Positions 1-9,516 are shown, counted from the stretch's first letter. The stretch is DNA of 32,000 nt from Moraxella nasicaprae (GCF_025643275.1 NZ_CP089977.1:1530001-1562000), one strand, 5' to 3'. A program made the numbers and translations. Notes: a model not told the origin generated them from the letters alone.

Positions 1-1197
<1,197 letters not shown>

Positions 1198-1332
1198 ACA
1201 ACACCCAAGTGGTTTAAATCACTGACAGTGTTGTATGATAAAGTGTAATGATTACCTTAATCTTGATTTAGTCAATGCTTTAAATTGAAAAATAAAATAA
1301 CAGACTCATAAGCAGCGTTGTTAATCCTTTTA

Positions 1333-1448
1333 CGCTGACGACAATAGCAAGATGGAACCACCTGATCCCTTCCCGAACTCAGAAGTGAAACGTCTTAGCG
1401 CCGATGGTAGTGTGGTTCGCCCATGTGAGAGTAGGTCATCGTCAGCAC
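1333..1448 (+). rRNA. rrf: 5S ribosomal RNA
   Basis: Conserved core CCGAACTCAGAAGTGAAACG...GCGCCGATGGTAGTGTGG. Helix I pairs GCTGACGA at the 5' end with TCGTCAGC at the 3' end. About 116 nt, 136 nt downstream of the 23S end. Confidence 0.93.
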
Positions 1449-1458
1449 CTTATTAATA

Positions 1459-1497
1459 AAACCCCCTCTGTCGGATGATGGAGGGGGTTTTGGTTTG
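1459..1497 (+). terminator. Rho-independent terminator of the rrn operon
   Basis: GC-rich hairpin ACCCCCTC / GAGGGGGT (loop TGTCGGATGATG) followed by TTTTGGTTT, immediately after 5S. Confidence 0.85.
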
Positions 1498-1499
1498 GG

Positions 1500-1539
1500 A
1501 TAAATTAAGGTCGTACAAATGAATAAATTAAGGTATAAT
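1500..1539 (+). promoter_or_regulatory. Candidate promoter region of the FkbM gene: TATAAT at 1534-1539, preceded by two copies of a 12-bp direct repeat
   Basis: ATAAATTAAGGT occurs at 1500-1511 and again at 1523-1534 (23-bp period). The second copy abuts a perfect TATAAT. There is no good -35 hexamer. Confidence 0.3.
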
Positions 1540-1567
1540 GAAGATATATTTAGATTTGGGAGGGATT

Positions 1568-2406
1568 ATGAAGACAAAATTACTTAGATTAAAGTATGGA
1601 AATTTTTATCTGATAGAAGGGGATTTTATCAGCCATTATGCAGCCAGCTATGGAGAGTGGTCCGAAGTTGAAGTTATGTTCTTTCGCCATGTATTACAAA
1701 ATACTGACAATGTCATTGAGGTTGGTTCTAATATTGGATTGCATTCTGTACCTATTGCACAAAAGATTAACCGTGGCAAATTATTCTGTTTTGAGCCGCA
1801 AAGGTTGATTTTTCAGACGCTGATTGCTAATATCGTTACAAATGGACTAAACAATGTTTTTGCTTACCACGCTGGTGTGGGGGGGTAAATGAGATAAGGC
1901 AAATTGATGCATCTGATTATGATACTCCTTGGAATTATGGTAGTTTTTCTTTGGAGGCAGGCTTTGATGGCGAGGGTCAATTTGAGGGAAATAAATACAA
2001 AGAATGGGTTCAGATTGTTTCTCTTGATACGCAGCCAGCACTTGCTGAGCTTGATGGTTTGCGATTATTAAAGATTGATGCTGAGGGTTTTGAAATCAAT
2101 GTCCTAAATGGTGCAAAAAATCTTATCAAAAAGCATCGCCCAATCATTTTTGTGGAGGCTTTGCCGCATTTAAAAGATGATTTGATTGTGTATCTTAATC
2201 AAATTGGGTATCGTTGTTTTTGGTTTGTCTCGGATCGTTATCAGGAAAATAATTTTTTCAACAGACCAAGAGGTAGTGATGGTCTGGACTTTAATTTGGT
2301 TTGCTACCATCAAGATGATGCACCGCATTTTAATGATAAATGGTTGGCGAAACCTTATATTGATCAGGATTTAGAAAGCCTGCAAATACACTATGTGCAG
2401 GATTAG
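1568..2406 (+). pseudogene. FkbM-family SAM-dependent methyltransferase, interrupted by a frameshift at a G7 tract (two ORF fragments, 1538/1568-1888 and 1831/1951-2406)
   Basis: The N-terminal fragment has the FkbM/TIGR01444-type VIEVGSNIGLHS...CFEPQ motif. The C-terminal fragment has VSLD...LLKIDAEGFEINVLNGA...IIFVE. Frame 1 is already open from 1831 and overlaps the frame-2 stop at 1886-1888. Adding one G to the 1879-1885 run joins GVGG to VNEIRQIDASDY and gives one ORF of about 279 aa. The likely start is ATG 1568, preceded by GGGAGGG at 1558-1564. Confidence 0.8.
1879..1885 (+). repeat. Homopolymeric G7 tract inside the FkbM ORF (candidate slipped-strand phase-variation site)
   Basis: Direct count: GGTGT-GGGGGGG-TAA. 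G8 or G5 would be in frame. G7 terminates at TAA 1886-1888. Confidence 0.9.
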
Positions 2407-2478
2407 GTCTTTTAACAACGATTGAGTTATTTTTGGATAGGCTGATAAAAGTGTTTATCATTGGCGAGTAAAATAAAC

Positions 2479-3006
2479 ATGCGACCGATAAAAGGATTTA
2501 CACTCATAGAAATGATGGTGGTTTTGATGATTGTGGCTGTCTTAGCCATGTTTGCCTATCCTGCTTATCAGGCGTTGATGGCTCGTGTAGAATCAAAAAA
2601 TATCAGCAGTACACTACTAGAAACATTTCGGCGTGCCAAAATCTCGGCAATGATGCACCAAAAAGACACCATCATGTGCTTAACGAATGCAAGCGGACAT
2701 TGTGACCGTTATGGGCAGGCAGGAGTGCTGGTGTTTGTGGATAACAATTACAATAATCGTTTTGACAATTTGGATATTTTGGTGCATAGTCAGCAGTTTG
2801 AATTAAGATATGGCAAATTGCAAATGAACGCATCGCTTGGCAGGTCGCACATGAAATTCATGGGCGATACCGCCAAACCCAGAGGGAATTTTGGCAATAT
2901 TCGTTATTGCAGTGATGCTAATCAGCAATTAAGCCATCAGATTGTTTTAAATATGCATGGCAATTTGTCTGTCAAAAAGGAGAAGACAACAGAGCATTGC
3001 CAATAA
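2479..3006 (+). CDS. fimT: Type IV pilus minor pilin, GspH/FimT/FimU family (orphan, not in a pilVWXY cluster)
   Basis: Class III prepilin signal MRPIKG|FTLIEMMVVLMIVAVLA, with Glu at +5 of the mature end. About 175 aa with two Cys pairs. I chose ATG 2479 rather than the TTG at 2461 in the ORF track. FimT and FimU cannot be told apart by eye. Confidence 0.8.
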   Translation: MRPIKGFTLIEMMVVLMIVAVLAMFAYPAYQALMARVESKNISSTLLETFRRAKISAMMHQKDTIMCLTNASGHCDRYGQAGVLVFVDNNYNNRFDNLDILVHSQQFELRYGKLQMNASLGRSHMKFMGDTAKPRGNFGNIRYCSDANQQLSHQIVLNMHGNLSVKKEKTTEHCQ

Positions 3007-3019
3007 TGAGTTTTTTCAA

Positions 3020-4018
3020 ATGGCGGTAGATTTTTCAAAGACTTTGATTGTGGCGATATCGGCTACGGCATTGTTTGATTTGAGCGACAATGAACAAAAA
3101 TTGGCTGAGCTGATTGCCAAAGACCCCAAGACGGCAGCCAGAAAATATCAAAAATACCAACAAGATCGTGAACAGGTGCTGCTTAAAAAAGGTTCGGGCT
3201 ATCCCTTGATTGAGGCATTATTAAAACTTAATCAATATCAAACCAACCATCACAACGACATTGAATCGCCTTATGTGGAGGTGGTGGTTGTCTCAAAATC
3301 CACGCCTGATTTGGGCATTCAGATTCTTAATTCCATTCAATCTTATGGGCTGGGTATTACTCGCTCAGCATTCATCTCAGGCGATGCGGTTGCACCTTAT
3401 GTGGCAGACTTTAAGGTGGATTTATTTTTGACGACCAATCATGAGGACGCTCAGCAAGTGGTGGACGCAAAAGTCTGTGCTTGTGCGGTGCTTGATGTGA
3501 TTCCTGTGCAGATGGATAGGCTTGACACCAATCAGTTGCGTATCGCTTTTGATGGCGATGCGGTGTTGTTCGATGACAGCAGTGAATTGATTTTCCAAGA
3601 ACAAGGACTTTTGGCATTCCATGAACATGAGCATAAAATGGCAAATTTGCCCATTGAAAAAGGTCCTTATGCAGATTTTTTGATTAAATTATCTCAATTA
3701 CAGGCAAAATTACCCAATCAAAGCACCGATGCACCACACAATCCAATCCGTATCGCTTTGGTAACAGCACGCAATGCACCTGCCGATTTGCGTGCCATCA
3801 AGACATTGCGAGCTTGGGGTGTGACTGTTGATGTGGCGTTTTTCTTGGGTGGATTGGATAAGAATCATGTTTTGACGACTTTTGCACCGCATATTTTCTT
3901 CGATGATTCAATCAAGCACATCAGTGCCGCTCGTGATAGCGTGCCATCTGCCTTAGTGCCATATCACTCGGCATCGCCTTTATTATCCACCCTAAAATCA
4001 AAGAAACCATCGAGCTGA
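3020..4018 (+). CDS. 5'-nucleotidase of the cytosolic cN-IA-like family (PF06189 type, HAD-like)
   Basis: RIAFDGDAVLFDDSSE and IALVTARNAPADLRAIKTLRAWGV..DVAFFLGG..K..VL..F.PHIFFDD closely parallel the conserved blocks of eukaryotic NT5C1A and its bacterial homologues. I chose ATG 3020 (MAVDFSKTLIVAISATALFDL), 13 nt after the fimT stop. Confidence 0.8.
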   Translation: MAVDFSKTLIVAISATALFDLSDNEQKLAELIAKDPKTAARKYQKYQQDREQVLLKKGSGYPLIEALLKLNQYQTNHHNDIESPYVEVVVVSKSTPDLGIQILNSIQSYGLGITRSAFISGDAVAPYVADFKVDLFLTTNHEDAQQVVDAKVCACAVLDVIPVQMDRLDTNQLRIAFDGDAVLFDDSSELIFQEQGLLAFHEHEHKMANLPIEKGPYADFLIKLSQLQAKLPNQSTDAPHNPIRIALVTARNAPADLRAIKTLRAWGVTVDVAFFLGGLDKNHVLTTFAPHIFFDDSIKHISAARDSVPSALVPYHSASPLLSTLKSKKPSS

Positions 4019-4033
4019 TTAAGCCATAAAAAT

Positions 4034-4873
4034 ATGATGAAACTGATTGATACGCACACTCATTTTGATGTGCCTGAATATGCTCAAAACCGCAAAGCAT
4101 TCGCTCAATCCGCCCATGATGCAGGTGTGCGTCATTTGGTGCTGATTGGTTTGATGGCTCAATATTTTGAACGAATGCTTGCCGTTAAAGATGAGCTGGC
4201 AACTTTTAATCAAGCACCGATGGCTCATGTGGCATTTGGATTGCACCCTTTGTATATCCAAGAGCAAGAAGAAAAGGATTTAGTATTGCTTGATGAGTAT
4301 TTGACCAGATTTGGCTCGGTGGCGATTGCAGAAATTGGGCTGGATACTTATCCCAAAGCCTTACAAGAGGCAGAAATTTTTGCCAAACAAAAGGCGTTTT
4401 TTATTGAGCAGGTGGCACTTGCCAAACACCATCAGTTGCCAATATTATTACACATTCGCAAAAGCCATGCCGAGGTTTTGCAGATTTTGACCCAGCAAAA
4501 ATATCAAGCCAGTCAGCTTGGCGGTATTGCTCACAGTTTTAGCGGTGGCGAGCAGGAGGCATTGGCATTCGTTAAGCGTGGCTTTAAACTGGGCATTACA
4601 GGACAAATCACCAATCCGAATGCAAAAAAACTTCACCGTGCCGTGATGGCGGTATTTGCCAAATATGGCGTTGATGCTTTTGTGATTGAGACAGATTGCC
4701 CTGACATGATGCCTGTTCCTTGTCAGCATTTGGGGCATTTTAATGAGCCTGCCAATCTGCGGTGGGTGCTCGCTCATTTGGCGACGATGTTTGATATTGA
4801 GCAAGAAACATTGGCAAGAAAATTGTGGCAAAACAGTTGTGAAGCATTAAGAGTGGACTGGAATTATGAATGA
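4034..4873 (+). CDS. TatD-family metal-dependent hydrolase/DNase
   Basis: N-terminal LIDTHTHFD metal-binding motif, plus EIGLD, LLHIR, IAHSFSG and ETDCP blocks typical of the TatD/YjjV/YcfH family. 279 aa. Confidence 0.85.
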   Translation: MMKLIDTHTHFDVPEYAQNRKAFAQSAHDAGVRHLVLIGLMAQYFERMLAVKDELATFNQAPMAHVAFGLHPLYIQEQEEKDLVLLDEYLTRFGSVAIAEIGLDTYPKALQEAEIFAKQKAFFIEQVALAKHHQLPILLHIRKSHAEVLQILTQQKYQASQLGGIAHSFSGGEQEALAFVKRGFKLGITGQITNPNAKKLHRAVMAVFAKYGVDAFVIETDCPDMMPVPCQHLGHFNEPANLRWVLAHLATMFDIEQETLARKLWQNSCEALRVDWNYE

Positions 4874-5642
4874 AGTGAGTGATTTTGATAGACGATTTAC
4901 AGGCACACAAACGCTGTATGCCAATGATTTTGATAAATTTACCAACGCTTGCGTTTATGTGATTGGCGTGGGCGGTGTCGGCTCTTGGGCAGCAGAGGCA
5001 TTGGCTCGCACGGCGGTGGGAGAGATTGTTTTGGTGGATTTGGATGTCTTGGTGGCAAGCAATGTCAATCGCCAACTGCCTGCTTTGGGTCAAACTTTTG
5101 GCGAAAGCAAGATTGAGACCATGGCAAGACGAATTGAGGACATCAATCCCAAGGTCAAGGTCAGGCTGATTGATGATTTTTTGACGGCTGATAATGTCGC
5201 TCAGATTCTACCTAGTCGTGATGAAGTGCAGATTCTAAAATCGCAAGGCAGGAGTGTTGTGGTGTTGGATTGTGTGGACGACATGAATGCTAAGTTGTCT
5301 ATGGCACTGCATTGCCGCTACCATAAAATCAAATGCGTCATCGCTGGCGGTGCAGGAGCAAAAATTGATCCAACTCGCATCAAAGTGGTAGATCTTAAAG
5401 ACACCACCCAAGACCCATTGCTTGCCAAGTTGCGTAGCCGACTGCGTGAAAGAGGCATTGGTAAAAATGGAGCGAAATTTGGGCTAAAATGCGTGTATTC
5501 CGATGAACCGCAATTCATCAACAAATCGTGCCAATCAGGGCTAAATTGCGGTGGTTATGGCTCAGCAGTTGTGGTAACGGCAACGGCTGGCATGGTGATG
5601 GCAAGCGTTGCCTTACAGATGATTGCCAAAGACATTAGCTAA
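4866..5642 (+). CDS. tcdA: tRNA threonylcarbamoyladenosine (t6A) dehydratase, ThiF/E1-like
   Basis: Rossmann motif VIGVGGVGSWAAEALARTAVGEIVLVDLD..V..SNVNRQ. About 258 aa with the architecture of TcdA/CsdL. The start overlaps the tatD stop by 8 nt (ATGAATGA). Confidence 0.8.
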   Translation: MNEVSDFDRRFTGTQTLYANDFDKFTNACVYVIGVGGVGSWAAEALARTAVGEIVLVDLDVLVASNVNRQLPALGQTFGESKIETMARRIEDINPKVKVRLIDDFLTADNVAQILPSRDEVQILKSQGRSVVVLDCVDDMNAKLSMALHCRYHKIKCVIAGGAGAKIDPTRIKVVDLKDTTQDPLLAKLRSRLRERGIGKNGAKFGLKCVYSDEPQFINKSCQSGLNCGGYGSAVVVTATAGMVMASVALQMIAKDIS

Positions 5643-5661
5643 CCTTGATAATTTGCCTAAT

Positions 5662-5697
5662 AAAAAAAGCAAGCCATGATGACTTGCTTTTTTTGTT
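5662..5697. terminator. Bidirectional rho-independent terminator between convergent tcdA and dapD
   Basis: AAAAAAAGCAAG-CCATGATGA-CTTGCTTTTTTTG: a stem flanked by an A-run and a T-run. Confidence 0.75.
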
Positions 5698-5709
5698 TTT
5701 TTTGGTGGA

Positions 5710-6531
5710 TTATTCAGCACGCAACAAATCGTTTAGGCTGGTTTTGGCACGAGTTTGTGCATCTACTTTTTTGACGATGATGGCGGCATATAGGCTGTGC
5801 GAGCCGTCCTTAGAAGGTAGGCTGCCTGGCACGACCACAGAACCTGCTGGCACACGACCATAATGGATTTCGCCAGTTTCACGGTCATAGATGCGAGTAG
5901 ATTGACCGATGAATACGCCCATTGAGATGACACAGCCCTCTTCAACAATTACACCCTCAACAATCTCAGAACGAGCACCGATGAAGCAGTTGTCTTCGAT
6001 GATGGTTGGGTTGGCTTGTAGGGGTTCTAGCACACCGCCAATGCCTACACCGCCTGATAGATGGACATTTTTGCCGATTTGGGCACATGAACCCACAGTT
6101 GCCCAAGTGTCAACCATCGTGCCTTCGTCTACATAAGCACCGATATTCACATAAGATGGCATCAAGACGACATTTTTTGCTTGATATGAGCCACGACGAG
6201 CAACCGCAGGCGGCACAACACGCACACCAGCTGCTTTGAACTGTTCTTCTGTCCAGTTGCCATGCTTGGTCGCCACTTTGTCATAAAAACGCAAATCGCC
6301 TGATTCGATTGGGGCGTTATCGTTTAGTTTGAAAGATAGTAGAACAGCTTTTTTTAGCCATTGATGCACAACCCATTCGCCGTTGATTTTTTCAGCAACA
6401 CGCAATGAGCCATTGTCAAGCCCTTCAATGGCTTGCTCAACAGCGTCACGAATCTCTGCTGAGACAGTTTCGGCGGTAAAATTGGCACGGTCTTCAAAGG
6501 CTTGTTCGATGATGGTTTCTAAATTTGACAT
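5710..6531 (-). CDS. dapD: 2,3,4,5-tetrahydropyridine-2,6-dicarboxylate N-succinyltransferase
   Basis: 273 aa. The N-terminal IIEQAFEDR helix domain plus a left-handed beta-helix of hexapeptide repeats ([40 protein letters not shown]) match DapD throughout. Confidence 0.93.
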   Translation of the reverse strand: MSNLETIIEQAFEDRANFTAETVSAEIRDAVEQAIEGLDNGSLRVAEKINGEWVVHQWLKKAVLLSFKLNDNAPIESGDLRFYDKVATKHGNWTEEQFKAAGVRVVPPAVARRGSYQAKNVVLMPSYVNIGAYVDEGTMVDTWATVGSCAQIGKNVHLSGGVGIGGVLEPLQANPTIIEDNCFIGARSEIVEGVIVEEGCVISMGVFIGQSTRIYDRETGEIHYGRVPAGSVVVPGSLPSKDGSHSLYAAIIVKKVDAQTRAKTSLNDLLRAE

Positions 6532-6564
6532 AATACAATTCCTAAATCATGGTTAAGGAGAAAA

Positions 6565-7488
6565 TTACATGGATTTGATGAGCCAGCTTAGTATATCACG
6601 ATATACGCCAAGTTTGGCGGTTTCGTGTAGTGGCTCATGTCGCATATTGGGATATAGTAGCATGGTGGGCGATGGTTTGCCAGCTTTTAATAACTCTTCT
6701 TGTAAATTGATGATGTCTTGCCCCAAATTGCCCACAGGGTCATCTTTGCCACTAACTAATAAGATGGGGTAATTTTGGGACATGTGTTGATACCAAGTAG
6801 GTAGGCAGGCTTGTTTGATGAGCATCATTAAGGTATAAAAACCGTTATTGGTAAAACAAAAACCGCACAATGGGTCGCTTTCAAAGGCTTTGATGGCGTG
6901 TGGATTTTCGGCAAGCCATGCAAAGGGCGAGGCACTGATGGGTGAGCGAAGCTGGCTGAGCAGATGGTGATTGAGCAGACTTGCGATGTTGGAATTGGTT
7001 TTTTTGGGCGAGATGGCGTTTAGTGTACTAAGTATTCCAAGTCCCAGGCGGTTTTTGATGCCATGATGATTGCCAGTTCCCATCAAGATTGCCCCAGCAA
7101 ATCGAGTGCTGTGATGGGTCAGTACCGTACGCACGATGAACGAACCCATAGAATGCCCCATGATAAAATGTGCCACATTGGGTGCAAGTTCTTTGAGCTG
7201 GTCTGCCATGATGATGACATCTTTGCACAGTGTCTGTACAGGGTGTTTTTCATCAATAAAGCCAAGTTCGTATTTGTCCTTGACTGTTTGCCCATGCCCC
7301 AGCTGGTCATAAGTTGCTACCAGTATGCCGTTATCTGCCAGAAATTTGGCAAACTTGGCGTATCGCCCACCATGCTCGCTCATACCGTGTACGATAAGCA
7401 GGCTTGCTTTAATCTCGCCTGTCGGAACAAAAAAGGTGTGGTGTAGGCGATGAATGCCGTTGGAGGAGAGAATGGTTTTGGAAGTCAT
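6565..7488 (-). CDS. Alpha/beta hydrolase (lysophospholipase / monoacylglycerol-lipase-like, Hydrolase_4 type)
   Basis: HGMSEHGGRYAKFAKFL..G..V..YDQLGHGQ and the nucleophile elbow GHSMGS. 307 aa. The start lies only 4 nt after the stop of the upstream WG-repeat gene. Confidence 0.8.
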   Translation of the reverse strand: MTSKTILSSNGIHRLHHTFFVPTGEIKASLLIVHGMSEHGGRYAKFAKFLADNGILVATYDQLGHGQTVKDKYELGFIDEKHPVQTLCKDVIIMADQLKELAPNVAHFIMGHSMGSFIVRTVLTHHSTRFAGAILMGTGNHHGIKNRLGLGILSTLNAISPKKTNSNIASLLNHHLLSQLRSPISASPFAWLAENPHAIKAFESDPLCGFCFTNNGFYTLMMLIKQACLPTWYQHMSQNYPILLVSGKDDPVGNLGQDIINLQEELLKAGKPSPTMLLYPNMRHEPLHETAKLGVYRDILSWLIKSM

Positions 7489-7492
7489 AATG

Positions 7493-8188
7493 TTATTGCG
7501 TTAAATATTCAACCGTGTTGCCTTGTTTATCAATAAATTGCCATTTGTCATTTAATAAAACCAAGGCAACACCATCATAAAATACATAAGCGTGCTGAGC
7601 ATAAATGTGATTATCAAAATAATTGGGCGAATTAAAATCATGCGGAAAATCATAAATAAAGGGCAAGATGGTATTACCATTTTTATCAATAAAACCATAT
7701 TTAAGATTTTCATTAAGTACAGCAATCAAACCTTCACTATAATCGTAGCCTAAAATATAAGTGGGTTTAATGACAAATGTTCCTGTCTTATCAATATAAC
7801 CAAATCTCTGACCAGTCATGCTTTTATTATCTACCACGCTAACCCTTGCCAAGCCATCAGAGAATGAACTTGCACTTTTAAATTGATGAGCAATGACAGT
7901 TTTGCCATCTTTATCCACATATCCATGCTTACCATCATTAATATCATGTGCCAATCCATCAACCAAACAGCCTGTATAATTATTAATATAGTCTAATTCG
8001 CCAGTTTTGATAACAGTTGGTTTAAAGCATTGCCGTGTAAAATCAAAGTTTTTATCATAATAACTAAAATACTTTTCTGCCCTTAGAGAAAAGGTATTGT
8101 CATTAGGCGGATTGGCTTGACTTACATTATTTGCACAAAATATTAAAGATAATGCAATGATGAATTTGTTAAATGTTAGCATAGACAA
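7493..8188 (-). CDS. Secreted WG-repeat (KWG-type) protein of unknown function
   Basis: Signal peptide MSMLTFNKFIIALSLIFCANNVSQA, then repeated units of the form G(Y/F)(V/I)DK.GK/T..I...F/Y (HGYVDKDGKTVI, FGYIDKTGTFVI, YGFIDKNGNTIL, WQFIDKQGNTV). The gene is visibly AT-rich, about 33-35% GC in two hand-counted 60-nt lines. Confidence 0.75.
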   Translation of the reverse strand: MSMLTFNKFIIALSLIFCANNVSQANPPNDNTFSLRAEKYFSYYDKNFDFTRQCFKPTVIKTGELDYINNYTGCLVDGLAHDINDGKHGYVDKDGKTVIAHQFKSASSFSDGLARVSVVDNKSMTGQRFGYIDKTGTFVIKPTYILGYDYSEGLIAVLNENLKYGFIDKNGNTILPFIYDFPHDFNSPNYFDNHIYAQHAYVFYDGVALVLLNDKWQFIDKQGNTVEYLTQ

Positions 8189-8254
8189 TTGCCATCACTT
8201 ATGACTAATTAATTTGCAAATGGGACGAAAAACTCGCCCCATTTTTTTACTATT

Positions 8255-9319
8255 TTACAAACACCCAACCTTCTCGCCTTTTTCTGCTTTTGCTAATTTT
8301 TCTTCGGCAAGTGCTTTGGAGCTACGCACAGGTGGTGGGCAGTCTTCGCCATAGTATTGGCGGTCGGCAAAGTAGCTTGAACGCACCATTGGATTTGCCC
8401 AGATGTTAAAAAAGCCCAATTTTTTGCCATATTCGGTGTATCTGGCAAATTCGTCAGGGTGTACATATCGCTCCACAGGGGCGTGGTTTTTGCTAGGGGC
8501 AAGGTACTGACCGATGGTGATGATGTCCACATCGTGGGCTTTTAGGTCGTCAAGTAGGGCATAGACTTCTTCTTCGGTTTCGCCCAAGCCCACCATAAAT
8601 CCACATTTGGTGGCGATGTCTGGACGGCGAGCTTTATATTCTTTGAGCAGATTTAAGGAATGTTGATAATCAGAACCAGGACGGAATGCCTTGTATAGGC
8701 GTGGCACGGTCTCAATGTTGTGATTAAAGACATCTGGGGCAGTTTCGGTCAGTACATCTAGGGCGACTTGCTCTCGTCCACGAAAATCGGGGACTAGAAT
8801 TTCAATCAAGCAATTTGGCGATAATTTGCGACTTTCGGTAATCACTTCGGCAAAATGTCCTGCACCGCCATCTTTGAGGTCATCTCTATCCACGCTGGTG
8901 ATGACAGCGTACTTTAACCCAAGTCCCAAAATGGTCTCAGCGGTGTGGCGTGGCTCGTCCACATCTAAGGGGTTGGGTCTGCCGTGAGCCACTTCACAAA
9001 ACGGACAACGGCGAGTACAAATATCGCCCATAATCATAAAAGTCGCTGTGCCATCGCCAAAACATTGGGGCAGGTTTGGGCAAGCAGCTTCTTCGCAGAC
9101 GGTGTAGAGCTTTTGTTTGCGAAGCGTGGTCTTAATGCGTTCAACTTCGGCAGGACTGGACAGCTTGACACGAATCCAGTCTGGTTTTTTTGGTGTTTCT
9201 ACGGTTGGAATGACTTTGATTGGGATACGAGCAACTTTATCGTAGCCACGCAATTTTTCGCCTTGAACAGCTTTTTTTGGGGCGGGCTTTGCTTCTGGTG
9301 TAAAGGTCTGAACGCTCAC
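8255..9319 (-). CDS. lipA: Lipoyl synthase (radical SAM)
   Basis: Both Fe-S cluster motifs are present, [12 protein letters not shown] and CTRRCPFC, and homology runs along the full length. 354 aa. Confidence 0.95.
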   Translation of the reverse strand: MSVQTFTPEAKPAPKKAVQGEKLRGYDKVARIPIKVIPTVETPKKPDWIRVKLSSPAEVERIKTTLRKQKLYTVCEEAACPNLPQCFGDGTATFMIMGDICTRRCPFCEVAHGRPNPLDVDEPRHTAETILGLGLKYAVITSVDRDDLKDGGAGHFAEVITESRKLSPNCLIEILVPDFRGREQVALDVLTETAPDVFNHNIETVPRLYKAFRPGSDYQHSLNLLKEYKARRPDIATKCGFMVGLGETEEEVYALLDDLKAHDVDIITIGQYLAPSKNHAPVERYVHPDEFARYTEYGKKLGFFNIWANPMVRSSYFADRQYYGEDCPPPVRSSKALAEEKLAKAEKGEKVGCL

Positions 9320-9455
9320 AATATTTCCTAATGATTCACAATGATAAAATTTGGCTTATTATACGCCAATTTGTCAAAAAAATATATGCAAAAATCACCA
9401 AGACTATCTTGTGCTATTTTGCAAAAATTCAAGCCAGCTGCACCAATTTTGACTA

Positions 9456-9484
9456 TTGTCAAATGAATAAAATTTTGCCATAAT
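9456..9484 (+). promoter_or_regulatory. Candidate sigma70 promoter for the small ORF at 9517
   Basis: TTGTCA (9456-9461), 17 bp, CATAAT (9479-9484), about 30 nt upstream of the ATG. Confidence 0.35.
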
Positions 9485-9516
9485 GCCCATAACCACAACA
9501 AAATTATGGATAAAAA

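Noticed and set aside
5645-5863. A 72-aa plus-strand ORF downstream of tcdA
   Set aside because: It begins inside the bidirectional terminator hairpin and then runs antisense through the dapD 3' end. It has no RBS.
8221-8252. Hairpin TGGGACG-N7-CGCCCCA followed by a T7 run between lipA and the WG-repeat gene
   Set aside because: The T-run is on the plus strand while both flanking genes are on the minus strand. On the minus strand it would be only a weak terminator (an A-run before it and no U-run after). The stem has 7 bp with a mismatch. It is not convincing as either a terminator or an antisense feature.
8255-8350. LipA is longer than E. coli LipA (354 versus 321 aa), with a charged C-terminal tail ([22 protein letters not shown]) and a long N-terminal lead
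   Set aside because: Terminal length variation in LipA is common and both Fe-S motifs are intact. I cannot tell without alignments whether the tail is unusual for this lineage.
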